64,000 bases of DNA from Bythopirellula sp. (GTDB lineage: Bacteria > Planctomycetota > Planctomycetia > Pirellulales > Lacipirellulaceae): assembly GCA_041737835.1 (NCBI GenBank), contig JBGSQY010000031.1, one strand, 5' to 3'. Both the position numbers and the translations under genes were made by a program. Positions 50,204 to 60,636 of this stretch are shown one piece after another (position 1 is the first letter of the stretch; each line of letters begins with the position of its first letter). The notes under the pieces were generated by a model, which was not told the DNA's origin, searched no databases, and saw nothing but the letters and a program-made list of their open reading frames with translations.

Positions 50204-50652
50204 CATTACACATTGCAAATATTTTCTTCGCAACCGTCAGCAGAAACCTTCAATACTTAGTGTGCCGTAACTTCCGATTTCACAGAGATCAGACACAGGC
50301 GTTAACGGTTCATTACCTTCCCTCCGTGCTTTCCGTGTCCTCTGTAGCTTAATCCCTACACCCCGGCCAATAATCGTTGTGGCGGTGCGCTTTCTAATCA
50401 CGATAATGGTGTTCGCCCAATCGTAGGCGCGTTCTTTGACAACCGAAAATTTTATCGCAAACCTACGGAAATCCTCGTCAGGAAAAGGCCTCGAAAAAAT
50501 CGCCCGTTTGCATCTCGGAAACCACAACCGGCGGTGGCGATACAACACCCCCGCCACTACGGGTCGTGGTCGAATTGTCCACGAAACCGGGGACGGACCG
50601 GCGGAATTCTGTAATCGATTCTAAGGGGGATTTGGCGAGATATAATTAAAGT

Positions 50653-50970
50653 ATGACCCCCTTCATCCAAATCGCGACAACCACAGCCACTCGGGACGAA
50701 GCCAAGCAGATCGCGCGGATGCTGATCGAAACGCGACTCGTGGCTTGCGCACAAGTCACCGGGCCGGTCACAAGTGTCTACCATTGGCAGGGAGGGATCG
50801 AAAACGGCGAAGAATGGCTCTGTACGCTCAAAACTCGCGAGACTTTGTTCGAAAAAGTCGCCACGGCCATTCGCGAAGTCCACTCCTACCAATGCCCCGA
50901 GATCGTGGCGACGCCGATTGTCGCGGCCACTGCGGATTATTTGGCTTGGCTGGAGCGGGAACTCCCCTGA
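50653..50970 (+). CDS. cutA: Divalent cation tolerance protein
   Basis: RLVACAQ...SVYHWQG...HSYQCPEI. Confidence 0.95.
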   Translation: MTPFIQIATTTATRDEAKQIARMLIETRLVACAQVTGPVTSVYHWQGGIENGEEWLCTLKTRETLFEKVATAIREVHSYQCPEIVATPIVAATADYLAWLERELP

Positions 50971-51008
50971 AATTTGTCTCGGGCTCGTCCCCAGACTACT
51001 CTGGCAGG

Positions 51009-51908
51009 ATGAGCACTAAATGGGCAGAAGATGGTCACCCCGATGTTCCGGCACGGGAATTTGCGCGAGCTATATTGACCGAACGAGTCAACTCCGTGGA
51101 AGAGTTACTCCCGCATGCGGCCTATCATTACCGGGATGATGTGGAACACGTGCATCAACTCCGCGTCGCTTGCCGAAGGTCCTCGGCCGCGCTCAGGGCA
51201 TTCGCTCCTTTGATGAACGAAAACCCGCAAAAGCTCAAAGAATGGTTAAGCCGCATCCGCGATGCCGCCGGTCCTGCCCGTGATAAAGATGTCCTGCTGG
51301 CACGCTTTTCCGAAGAAGAAGCCAACGAGGTTACGGAATATGCCATCGCCAGATTGGGTGATGAGCGTAAGCAAGCTCAGAAGCCTTTGGTCAAAATTGC
51401 CAAGAAAGCCACCAGTGGCAAACTCGATCAGGTTTTAGAGCAAACGCTGGAACTCCTTGGTAAGCCCTCCAAAAAACCAAACTTGGCGAAGTACGGTCAT
51501 GGGGCAGTCCATTTGGCTTACGCGCCGTTTGCCCGCTTGATGCGGCTCGATAATCCCACGACTGCCGAGCTGCACCAGCTGCGGATTGCTGGTAAGCGAC
51601 TGCGTTATTCCCTAGAGATCTTCCACGGCTTGTTTCCCGACGAACTTCACAACGATATCTATCCACAAATCGAAGAGTTGCAAAGCCGCTTGGGCGACAT
51701 CAACGACCATGCCACGGCGCAGAGCCTCTATCAAAGTTGGCTTGCTGAAATGGAGCCCGATGATCTGGCCGTCGCCGTAGCCGGCCGAGTTATCAGCGAA
51801 CGTAAGGCACTTATGCGATTGCAGTCGCAGTTCCTGCGGTGGTGGACTGCCAAGCGAATCGCAAAACTAGAAACTTTTTTCGCGGCGTGCCAGGTGGACC
51901 AGAAGTAA
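51009..51908 (+). CDS. CHAD domain protein
   Basis: HVHQLRVACRR, ARDKDV, LHQLRIAGKRLRY, LGDINDH. Confidence 0.92.
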   Translation: MSTKWAEDGHPDVPAREFARAILTERVNSVEELLPHAAYHYRDDVEHVHQLRVACRRSSAALRAFAPLMNENPQKLKEWLSRIRDAAGPARDKDVLLARFSEEEANEVTEYAIARLGDERKQAQKPLVKIAKKATSGKLDQVLEQTLELLGKPSKKPNLAKYGHGAVHLAYAPFARLMRLDNPTTAELHQLRIAGKRLRYSLEIFHGLFPDELHNDIYPQIEELQSRLGDINDHATAQSLYQSWLAEMEPDDLAVAVAGRVISERKALMRLQSQFLRWWTAKRIAKLETFFAACQVDQK

Positions 51909-51956
51909 ACTGCCGCTGGCTTGTGTCTTGACGAGAATCTCCCTACTCTGAGCCGT

Positions 51957-53297
51957 ATGGGTGAAGACACCACAACCGTTTCTTTGGCCGAGAAAACCAA
52001 ACTGCGCCGTTTGGGAATACGTTGCCTCTACGGCAACGCGATCTTGTGGGGGCTCGGCAACGGACTTGTCGGCTCAGCACTAGTCATATATTTGGCTAGT
52101 TTCTATGGCGCTAAGGGATTGGCTATCAGCTTGATTCTCGCGGCCCCGCGGCTGATCGGCGTGCTGAGACTCGCTACTCCCCTGCTGATGTCATGGATTG
52201 GGAATCGCCGTCGTTTTACCATCATCTGCTTTTTAGCTAGCGCTGCTTTCCTGTTGGCGCTCCCACTGGTTTCCGCACCCAAAATTTTGCCGTCCTCCGA
52301 GGTATCGCTGGCAGCTGTTGTCTTCCTGTGGAGTTGTTATCACTTCTGTGAGTTCCTGGGAACGATCGCCCTTTGGTCGTGGATCGGCGATCTCGTGCCA
52401 CGACGGATTCGCGGACGATTTGTTGGCAAGCGGTCCGGTATTTTGAATGCCGGGCAGGTGGCTGGCATGCTCTTGGGAGCAGCGATCACATGGTTTTGGC
52501 AAGAACATGCCAAGAACCAAGGACACCCCGAACAAGCTTGGCTGGGGTATGTCATCTGCGTGGTGAGCGGTGCCATGATTTTCAGCTTAGCCACTTTTCC
52601 GCTGCTGCGAGTTCCCAACGTTCACTCACCGATCGCAATCCAACAATCCCACCTACGAGAGATCTTCACGCCATTTTTTGATCGAGCCTTCTTGCGCTAC
52701 TTAATTTACGGAGGTTGGTTTTCCTTGGCCAACGGAATCACGGGCGCCGCGCAAGCCTTGTTTCAAATACGCGTGTTGAACATCACCTACGCCCAACGCA
52801 TCGGCTTGGATGGAACCTCTCAGGGCATCCAGTCGGCAGTCATGCCGTGGATTGGGCGGGTGATCGATCGTCGGGGCAACGTGCCGGTGCTGGTCGTGTC
52901 GCAGCTCCTCGTCGCGGGCGGTCTGCTTTTCTTCGTGATTGCCACGCCCGAGCAACGCTGGTGGATCGCCGGGGCGTACGCCATGTGGATTGCCTACGCC
53001 GGGATCAACGTCGCCATGCCGAATCTGGTGCTCAATCTGACGAAACGCGAATTGTACGCCAGCTACGTCGCTGTTTGGTTTGCCTGGACTCAACTCGTGT
53101 ATGCCCTCAGCACCGTGGCAGGGGGCCTGCTCTTCGACTGGGCCAGCCAACAGGCAGCGTACCCGTCGATTTTTGGCGAAATCGACCATTTTGCCGCGAT
53201 TTTCCTGCTTGGTTTCGTATTGCGACTCATCGCCGCGGGGCTGGCGGCACGCGTTGACGAACCCAGAAATACGGTGTCTCTCGATCACCGCGCCTGA
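51957..53297 (+). CDS. MFS transporter
   Basis: About 12 hydrophobic segments; WIGDLVPRRIRGRF. Confidence 0.85.
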   Translation: MGEDTTTVSLAEKTKLRRLGIRCLYGNAILWGLGNGLVGSALVIYLASFYGAKGLAISLILAAPRLIGVLRLATPLLMSWIGNRRRFTIICFLASAAFLLALPLVSAPKILPSSEVSLAAVVFLWSCYHFCEFLGTIALWSWIGDLVPRRIRGRFVGKRSGILNAGQVAGMLLGAAITWFWQEHAKNQGHPEQAWLGYVICVVSGAMIFSLATFPLLRVPNVHSPIAIQQSHLREIFTPFFDRAFLRYLIYGGWFSLANGITGAAQALFQIRVLNITYAQRIGLDGTSQGIQSAVMPWIGRVIDRRGNVPVLVVSQLLVAGGLLFFVIATPEQRWWIAGAYAMWIAYAGINVAMPNLVLNLTKRELYASYVAVWFAWTQLVYALSTVAGGLLFDWASQQAAYPSIFGEIDHFAAIFLLGFVLRLIAAGLAARVDEPRNTVSLDHRA

Positions 53298-53399
53298 TGT
53301 GGAAAATCGCGAAATGGCCCCTCAGCGCGTTTCCGCTGGGAGAGTTATAATGAAGGTTTGCCATTCTTAGCTGATTCTATCCGTTCGCTTGAGTGATTC

Positions 53400-55085
53400 A
53401 TGGTATCTCATCATCGTTTGCTAATGCTCGTTGCCCTTTGCTGGGGATGCTTGTCTACCCAATTTCCGACTGCCCAGGCGAAGGACTCGGCTGCCTCGGC
53501 AGTTGCTGTATCATCTCCTTCCGCTGGTTCGCCTCTCACGGCAACGGATAAGGCTACGGCCAAGTCGTCGAAGATTCGCAATGTCATCCTCATCATCGGC
53601 GACGGCATGGGCCCTCAGCAAATGGGCCTGCTGTTTGCTTATGCCCGTCACGCACCGGGTTCGAAGGTTCCGAATCGCATCGCCGCGATGGAACAAATGG
53701 CCATCGATGGCGAACTTGGGATGGTCCGCACCGACCCACACGGCGCGCTCGTGGTCGACTCCGCCGCGGCGGCGACGCAACTGGCGACGGGGGCCTATGC
53801 GGGCTCAGAAATGATTGGCGTCGATTTTGAAGGGAATGCTCAACCAACCGTGGTTGAAATCGCGCGTGATTCAGGCAAGGGAACCGGCCTTGTCTCCGAC
53901 ACGCGACTGACTCATGCCACGCCAGCTTCTTTTGCCGCTCATCAACGCGATCGTTCGATGGAAAACGAGATCGCGGTCGACATGCTTGAGAACAAGGTCG
54001 ACGTTCTCCTGAGCGGTGGCTTGCGATATTTCGTTCCCCAAGCAGTCAACGATACCGACTCTGCCGCCTACGATGCTCTGATTCAAATGATGGGGGGTGT
54101 CTACAAACCCTACTCACGGCGTGAAGACAATCGCAATTTGCTGCTCGAAGCCCGTAACGATTACAAGCTTGTTTTCGATTACAAAAGCCTCGCCGACGTT
54201 AAAGAAGGCAAAGTTCTCGGACTGTTCGGCAATTCGGAAATGCTCGACGCGATCAGCGAGAACAAAGCTCTCGACAGCGGAGATCGAATCGAACCAACTC
54301 TCGTGGAAATGACCGAGAAGGCCCTCGAATTGTTAAGCCAGAACCCCAAAGGTTTCTTCTTGATGGTCGAAGGGGGCCAAATCGATTGGGGTGGGCACAA
54401 CAACGACGCTGGCGTCATGTTGCACGAGCTGTTGCAGCTCGATGACACGATTCGCGTCGTCATGAATTGGGCCCGCGAGCGCGACGACACGCTGGTTTTG
54501 GTCACCGCCGATCACGAAACTGGTTCGTTTGGCTTTAGCTACTCGGGCAAAGACCTGCCTGAACCACGCCAACTGAGCGGCAAGGCTTTTGGCAAAGTCC
54601 CTTTTATTCCGAATTTCAACTACGCAGCGCACGAATTGCTCGACAATCTCGCGGCCCAGAAGAAGAGCTTCTTTGAAATTTTCACAACCTATGATGCACT
54701 TCCCGAAAAGCTAAAGACTCCCGAAACCTTGGTCACGATGGTCAACGAATCGGTGGCTCCCTACAGCATCACGCTAGAGGACGCCACCAAGATTCTCACC
54801 CGCACGACCAACCGCAACTACAAGAAGGGCCATCCCTATCTCGGTACCGAAACCGTGCCGCAAATGCCCGATCAGCAGGACTTCTTCGTCTATGGCGAAA
54901 ACCTGCGTTTCAATCGGCTTGGCCATATTCTTGGCGGCCAGCAACACGTCGTCTGGGGCACCGGCACGCATACGAACACGCCCGTCGCCATCATCAGCTA
55001 CGGCCCCGGTTCCGAAAATTTCTCCGGCCTCATGCACTCAACCGACGTTGGCAAAAAAATGATCGAACTCGTGAAGGGCAAGTAA
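53400..55085 (+). CDS. phoA: Alkaline phosphatase, secreted
   Basis: IGDGMG, DSAAAAT, THATPA, EGGQIDWGGH, TADHETG. Confidence 0.93.
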   Translation: MVSHHRLLMLVALCWGCLSTQFPTAQAKDSAASAVAVSSPSAGSPLTATDKATAKSSKIRNVILIIGDGMGPQQMGLLFAYARHAPGSKVPNRIAAMEQMAIDGELGMVRTDPHGALVVDSAAAATQLATGAYAGSEMIGVDFEGNAQPTVVEIARDSGKGTGLVSDTRLTHATPASFAAHQRDRSMENEIAVDMLENKVDVLLSGGLRYFVPQAVNDTDSAAYDALIQMMGGVYKPYSRREDNRNLLLEARNDYKLVFDYKSLADVKEGKVLGLFGNSEMLDAISENKALDSGDRIEPTLVEMTEKALELLSQNPKGFFLMVEGGQIDWGGHNNDAGVMLHELLQLDDTIRVVMNWARERDDTLVLVTADHETGSFGFSYSGKDLPEPRQLSGKAFGKVPFIPNFNYAAHELLDNLAAQKKSFFEIFTTYDALPEKLKTPETLVTMVNESVAPYSITLEDATKILTRTTNRNYKKGHPYLGTETVPQMPDQQDFFVYGENLRFNRLGHILGGQQHVVWGTGTHTNTPVAIISYGPGSENFSGLMHSTDVGKKMIELVKGK

Positions 55086-55089
55086 GTTG

Positions 55090-55461
55090 CTATCGGCCAC
55101 GCCACCAGAAGGCCAGCGTGCCGAGGAACAGCACCCATTCACTCGCTGCGAAATACCAAGTTGGATTCACCACGCCGCTGAAGAGCGTGAAACTCACCGT
55201 TCGGCAAAGCACCAAACAGCCGTGAAACACCAGCGAAATCAAGAGAGCCGTCGACAACATTTCCGGCCGCACAAGCGGCGCGAGGAAGAATAGTCCCAGC
55301 GCCAGCTGCATCCCGCCATAGACGGTAAAGTATTCGCTTTGCCCTGAGCCCGGTTTGAGCGAAAGTCCCAGCGAGCCCGCCGTCTTCTCCGGCTGAGCCA
55401 TGCACCATAGTGCCAAGCCCAAATAAATCGCGCCAACGACTGCAAGAAAAGTACGTGCCAT
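55090..55461 (-). CDS. DUF4345-like membrane protein
   Basis: Four TM segments; YGGMQLALG. Confidence 0.65.
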   Translation of the reverse strand: MARTFLAVVGAIYLGLALWCMAQPEKTAGSLGLSLKPGSGQSEYFTVYGGMQLALGLFFLAPLVRPEMLSTALLISLVFHGCLVLCRTVSFTLFSGVVNPTWYFAASEWVLFLGTLAFWWRGR

Positions 55462-55665
55462 GAGATTACATTTCCGAAGGTTACAGTTATTTAATATTTT
55501 ACCGCTATAATTATGTCGAATTAACGTAACTGTTTTGCCTGTTTATTAATAGATGGCAGATAATGCCTGGCCGTTCCCTGGCACTACAAATTGCTGAGGG
55601 CCTGCGATTGGTGTTTTGATGACAAAGGCGCAGGTTTGACATGCCCGAGTCTGCGGTCGTTTGCA

Positions 55666-57339
55666 ATGAATAACTGGCTACCTAAAAGCGCGCAATGCTG
55701 GCATACCTACTCTTGGCGAGCTTTCTCTCGTGATTTGGTGGCTGGGATCACCGTCGGCTTTGTGGCCCTGCCACTAGCAATGGCTTTTGCTATCTCATCC
55801 GGAGTTCCACCTCAGTCTGGCATTTATACGGCTGTCGTTGCCGGTTTTCTGATTTCCGCGTTCGGAGGCTCCAAAACTCAGATTGGCGGACCAACTGGTG
55901 CATTTGTTGTAATTGTCTACGGGATTGTTGCTCGTTACGGTCTCGATGGGTTGGCGGTCTGTACGGTGATGGCAGGCCTTATTTTATTGATGCTGGGCCT
56001 CACCGGATTGGGGGCAACTGTCAAATACATTCCTAGAACCGTGATCGTGGGATTCACCAACGGCATCGCGGTTCTGATTGCAAGTACCCAACTGAAGGAT
56101 TTTTTCGGACTTCCCATCGATAAAGTTCCAGGCGAGTTTGTAGCACGATTAGAAGCCGTTTGTTCAAACATCAACAACTTCTCATGGCAGTCCACACTTC
56201 TGGCACTCAGCGCCATGGCGACAATCCTTGCCCTGCGAAAATTCTTGCCGCGTGTGCCGGCTTACATCGTTGTGATGGTCCTGGGGACGGTTGCTGTTGT
56301 CGCTTTTGGTTTGACTGTGGACACAATCGGCACCCGGTTTGGTGGTATTCCTACTGGCTTACCGAAAATCACCGTTCCACACTTCGAATTTGGCATGTTG
56401 GAATCCCTGTTTCCCTCCGCACTCACTGTCGCGCTTTTGGGAGCCATCGAGTCTTTGCTTTCGGCTGTTGTTTCAGACCGAATGAGCAACGACAAACACA
56501 ACCCGAACGTGGAGTTAGTGGCTCAAGGGATTGCCAATATCGCTTGTCCGTTCTTCGGAGGAATCCCCGCCACAGGTGCCATCGCTCGGACTGCCACGAA
56601 TGTTCGGGCGGGGGCTCAAACGCCAGTTGCTGGCATGATTCACGCGCTCACTCTCCTTGGCATACTCTTGTTTGCCGCGCCCTTGGCAAAATTTATACCC
56701 CTCGCTGTCCTGTCGGCGATCTTGCTAGTCGTTGCTTACAACATGGGTGAATGGCACGAGATTCCAAAGCTCGTGCGTCTCACTTGGGCAGATGTCAGCG
56801 TTTGGGCAATCACGTTTGCGTTGACCGTGTTTGCCGATCTTACGATTGCCGTCGGAAGTGGGATCGTACTCGCGGCCCTCTTATACATCCGCAAGGTGAC
56901 GGGAACCACCACCGTTACACGGGTCACCTCACAGTATGTCGAAGAAGGGTGGTTACATATCCTTCAAGGCATGCCTATTCCCGATTATGTGGCAATCTTT
57001 CGTATTCATGGGCCGTTACTCTTTGGCAGCAATGACAAAGTTTCGCTGATTGCCGATTGCTTGCAAGATTTGCCACCCATTCTGATTCTACGCTTGCGGA
57101 ACATGACTGCGATTGACGCGACGGGGCTCCAGTCGCTGGAGGACTTGGCTGAAAAATGCCGGCTTGCCGATCGCACCCTCATTCTCTGCGGCGCACAACC
57201 TCAGCCAGCAAAACTGATGAAACAGGCAGAGTTTGAGCAACATGTCGGCAAACAGAATATTTGCGCGAGCTTTCACTCGGCCTTAGAGCGAGCCATCGTC
57301 ATCCAATTCAACTCAGGCCACGGGAACCGTGTCGCCTGA
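55666..57339 (+). CDS. sulP: SulP family anion transporter with STAS domain
   Basis: DLVAGITVGFVALPL, IGGPTGA, GAIARTATN, IDATG. Confidence 0.95.
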   Translation: MNNWLPKSAQCWHTYSWRAFSRDLVAGITVGFVALPLAMAFAISSGVPPQSGIYTAVVAGFLISAFGGSKTQIGGPTGAFVVIVYGIVARYGLDGLAVCTVMAGLILLMLGLTGLGATVKYIPRTVIVGFTNGIAVLIASTQLKDFFGLPIDKVPGEFVARLEAVCSNINNFSWQSTLLALSAMATILALRKFLPRVPAYIVVMVLGTVAVVAFGLTVDTIGTRFGGIPTGLPKITVPHFEFGMLESLFPSALTVALLGAIESLLSAVVSDRMSNDKHNPNVELVAQGIANIACPFFGGIPATGAIARTATNVRAGAQTPVAGMIHALTLLGILLFAAPLAKFIPLAVLSAILLVVAYNMGEWHEIPKLVRLTWADVSVWAITFALTVFADLTIAVGSGIVLAALLYIRKVTGTTTVTRVTSQYVEEGWLHILQGMPIPDYVAIFRIHGPLLFGSNDKVSLIADCLQDLPPILILRLRNMTAIDATGLQSLEDLAEKCRLADRTLILCGAQPQPAKLMKQAEFEQHVGKQNICASFHSALERAIVIQFNSGHGNRVA

Positions 57340-57491
57340 TATTCAAGTTTCCAGCTGTTATCCAAATGCGACGCTATCCCTGCGAATCTTTGTAATGATC
57401 CTCTCGGCCACCTACTCGCCTGAACAGGAATGAGAACTCCTGCAAAGTTCTACGCGAAATTCTCACGTACAACATGGTTCGTGTTTATTTT

Positions 57492-58190
57492 TCAGCCGCA
57501 CAGTAGAGTTGTTCTGCGGTCTCTTTGAGCGAAGCCGATTGTCGCGGCCAATAGCGTCACCAGAACCAAACTGCTCGGCTCGGGTACGCCGAAAAAGATG
57601 GTCGTCGAGACTCCTGATTTAGTGTTGCCGAATTGGCCTGTGAGGCTGTTGGATGAAAATAAGATCCCATCGGTCGTGAGCTTGGCAGGCGTCACGCCAT
57701 CCCAGGTGACATAGAGTGTGCCTATCCATTGAGGTGCGGTCTGGCCGACCGTACGGCGCGGATCTGAAGGGTTCGTTACTCCACCAGTAATCGACACAAG
57801 AATGCCCTTGTTATCCCCCGGAATTCCCGCATCCACATTCACAAAGAAAAGTGGGATTGCTGGTGCATAATATTGCTGCCAGCCACCGAGCTCCGTTGTC
57901 AAATTCTCGGTTAATGCATTGAAGCCGATATTGGCGAAGCCGGCTTCATTTGGCTCCAGGTCATAAACAAAAATCGAAAAGTCGATTTGATAGACGGCTG
58001 AATGCCCTGGATAGGCATTGATGTCCGGAATAGGAATTGGATTAAAATCGGTCGCGTTGTTGTAAGCCGCCACAACCTGAGGGATGAGATCGACCGTCAA
58101 GGCCTGCGCGAATTGCGATGTGAAACAAGCAACGGCCAAACAGATGGCTTTGACGAAATTACACGTCTTATAGCCGCTCGTGAGCAGCAT
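57492..58190 (-). CDS. PEP-CTERM surface protein (copy 1)
   Basis: Signal peptide; VPEPSS plus TM and basic tail. Confidence 0.9.
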   Translation of the reverse strand: MLLTSGYKTCNFVKAICLAVACFTSQFAQALTVDLIPQVVAAYNNATDFNPIPIPDINAYPGHSAVYQIDFSIFVYDLEPNEAGFANIGFNALTENLTTELGGWQQYYAPAIPLFFVNVDAGIPGDNKGILVSITGGVTNPSDPRRTVGQTAPQWIGTLYVTWDGVTPAKLTTDGILFSSNSLTGQFGNTKSGVSTTIFFGVPEPSSLVLVTLLAATIGFAQRDRRTTLLCG

Positions 58191-58972
58191 GGCTCGTCCT
58201 TTCGCAATGATCTTAAAGAGCTCTTCGCCGACCTCTCATATTGAAGCAGCCAGCCGCGCACAATCCTACCAGAACCAAACTACTTGGCTCGGGCACGCCG
58301 AAAAAAATGGTCGTTGAAACCCCGGACTTGGTATTGCCGAATTGGCCTGAGAGGCTGTTGGATGAAAATAAGATCCCATCGGTCGTGAGCTGGGCAGGTG
58401 TGACTCCATCCCACAGGACGAATAGCGATCCCATTAGCGCTGGTGTCGTTTGTCCGACGGTGTAGCGAGGATCGCTCGATCTTGTGATGCCTCCAGCTAT
58501 TGAAACCAGTATTCCTAAGTTGTCTCCTGGAACGCCTGCGTCCAAATTTACAAAGAAATAGGGAATTATGCCTGCCGGTCTTGGGCCCGGAATATCAATA
58601 TCGGTCATATCGGGCTGCCACCCAGCAATATCAGTCAGGTTTTCGGTTAACACATTGAAGCCGATGTTCGCGAAGCCGGCTTCGTTCGGCTCAAGGTCGT
58701 AGACAAAGATTGAAAAGTCAACCTGATAGACGGCCGGATAGCCAGGAAGCGACTTCGTATCGGGAACAGGTACGATCGAGTCAAAAGTTGTTTGATCAAA
58801 GGCCGCGACGACCGTCGGGATGAGATCAACCGTCAAGGCCTGCGCGTATTGCGATGTGAAACAAGCAACGGCCAAACAGATGGCTTTGACGAAATTACAC
58901 GTCTTATAGCCGCTCGTGAGCAGCATGGCTCGTCCTTTCGCAATGATCTTAAAGAGCTCTTCGACGACCTCT
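58081..58972. repeat. About 155-bp near-identical direct repeat (58081-58236 and 58817-58972)
   Basis: Each copy spans the 3' tail of one gene, the spacer and the first ~36 codons of the next; period 736 bp. Confidence 0.9.
58213..58926 (-). CDS. PEP-CTERM surface protein (copy 2)
   Basis: Paralogue of copy 1; VPEPSS. Confidence 0.9.
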   Translation of the reverse strand: MLLTSGYKTCNFVKAICLAVACFTSQYAQALTVDLIPTVVAAFDQTTFDSIVPVPDTKSLPGYPAVYQVDFSIFVYDLEPNEAGFANIGFNVLTENLTDIAGWQPDMTDIDIPGPRPAGIIPYFFVNLDAGVPGDNLGILVSIAGGITRSSDPRYTVGQTTPALMGSLFVLWDGVTPAQLTTDGILFSSNSLSGQFGNTKSGVSTTIFFGVPEPSSLVLVGLCAAGCFNMRGRRRAL

Positions 58973-59644
58973 GCTGAAGAAGCAACCCGCCGCGCACATT
59001 CCTAATAAAATCAAACTGCTTGGCTCGGGTACGCCGAAAAAGATGGTCGTCGAGACGCCGGACTTGGTGTTGCCGAATTGACCCGTCAGGCTGTTCGATT
59101 GAAATAAGATGCCATCGGTCGTGAGCTTGGCAGGCGTCACGCCATCCCAGGTCAGATACAGCGAGCCTATCCATTGAGGTGCGGTCTGGCCGACCGTGCG
59201 GCGCGGATCTGAGGGGTTCGTTACGCCTCCGGCGATCGATGTCAAAATACCAATGTTGTCGCCAGGAGTACCAGCATCAAGGTTAGTCGCGAAAAGAACA
59301 CCGAGGATCGGAGGGCTACTGTCAGATGCAAAATATTGCTGCCACCCACCAAGTTCCGTTGTCAAATTTTCAGTTACGGCAGTAAAGCCGATATTGGCGA
59401 AGCCGGCTTCATTTGGCTCCAGGTCATAAACAAAAATCGAAAAGTCGATTTGATAGACGGCTGAATGCCCTGGATAGGAATTGATGTCCGGAATAGGGAT
59501 TGGATTAAATTCGGTCGCGTTGTTGTAGGCCCCGACAATTGTGGGGATAAGATCGACCGTGAGCGCGGATAATTGTTGGGAAACGATGCCCAGGCAATTG
59601 CCAGCGATCAAAGCAATAGCGAATTTCTTGAGATAAGCGAACAT
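58949..59644 (-). CDS. PEP-CTERM surface protein (copy 3)
   Basis: RBS GAGGAG before ATG 59644; VPEPSS. Confidence 0.9.
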   Translation of the reverse strand: MFAYLKKFAIALIAGNCLGIVSQQLSALTVDLIPTIVGAYNNATEFNPIPIPDINSYPGHSAVYQIDFSIFVYDLEPNEAGFANIGFTAVTENLTTELGGWQQYFASDSSPPILGVLFATNLDAGTPGDNIGILTSIAGGVTNPSDPRRTVGQTAPQWIGSLYLTWDGVTPAKLTTDGILFQSNSLTGQFGNTKSGVSTTIFFGVPEPSSLILLGMCAAGCFFSRGRRRAL

Positions 59645-59798
59645 TTTGGAGATCTCCTCATGCACCTGTCCTTGTGATGTCGCTTGATGAGTTGCGTTAT
59701 GCAAAAATAAGCGACTGCTGCGAGGATCGCTTACCCCGAGGGGGAAGCTACTGGCCAGTTACAACCAACATAACTCTTGTTGAGAGTAGTCTCAATAG

Positions 59799-59840
59799 AA
59801 AAACAAAAAAACCCTCGCTACCAAAGGCAGCGAGGGTTTT
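59799..59840 (-). terminator. Intrinsic terminator after copy 4
   Basis: AAAACCCTCGCT/AGCGAGGGTTTT hairpin plus T-tract. Confidence 0.8.
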
Positions 59841-59866
59841 GTTGTAAAATCGAAATGTGTTGCTAA

Positions 59867-60559
59867 TTAGGCAGCACGGCGACGGAAGGCCAAGCCGAGC
59901 AGGCTCAAACCAGCCATGGCAATGGTGCTTGGTTCAGGCACACCGAAAATAACCTCCGAAGAAATTCCGGAAACGGTGTTGCCGAACTGACCAGTGGTGC
60001 TATTCGATTGGAACAGGATGTCTTGAATGCTCAGCTTACCTGTAGCAACTGCATCCCATTGCACGAACAAGGAACCAAGGAAACCTGGAACGCCACCGAC
60101 CTGTCCGACCTTGCGGCGTGGATCGTTAGCACCAGTCACACCACCAGCGATCGAAACCAAGATGCCCAATTCGTCGCCAGGAGTACCTGCATCGACGTTG
60201 GTAGCAAACAAGGGAACGATACCGCCAGGAAGAGCACCGTTGGAATCAACAGTTGCGGAATTGGCAGTCCAACCAGCATCAAACGCATCGCTAACACCAT
60301 CAAAGATGGCATTGAAACCGGTGTTGGCGAAGCCAGCTTCACCAGCTTCAAGCGAATCCACGGTCATAAAGATATCAACTTGCCAAATGCCAGGACCGCC
60401 AGTTTTGTCCGTGGTTGAACGAGTCGCGGCATCTTGGGTAAAGGCCAAGTCATAGGAAGCGGACACAACAGGCGTCAAAGTAAACGAACCAGCTTGAGCC
60501 TGAGCAGCAATCATACCCACCAGGGCGATTGCAAACATACCTTTCAAAAATCTAGTCAT
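59867..60559 (-). CDS. PEP-CTERM surface protein (divergent copy 4)
   Basis: Shares EAGFAN.GF, DAGTPGD, DPRR.VGQ, TGQFGNT with copies 1-3; VPEPST. Confidence 0.9.
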   Translation of the reverse strand: MTRFLKGMFAIALVGMIAAQAQAGSFTLTPVVSASYDLAFTQDAATRSTTDKTGGPGIWQVDIFMTVDSLEAGEAGFANTGFNAIFDGVSDAFDAGWTANSATVDSNGALPGGIVPLFATNVDAGTPGDELGILVSIAGGVTGANDPRRKVGQVGGVPGFLGSLFVQWDAVATGKLSIQDILFQSNSTTGQFGNTVSGISSEVIFGVPEPSTIAMAGLSLLGLAFRRRAA

Positions 60560-60636
60560 TAGAACATCCTCGAGGTCGTAAAGTTTTTTTTGAATTATCA
60601 GTAGTTACAACGGTGCAATTTTTGGTCTATGGGAGA

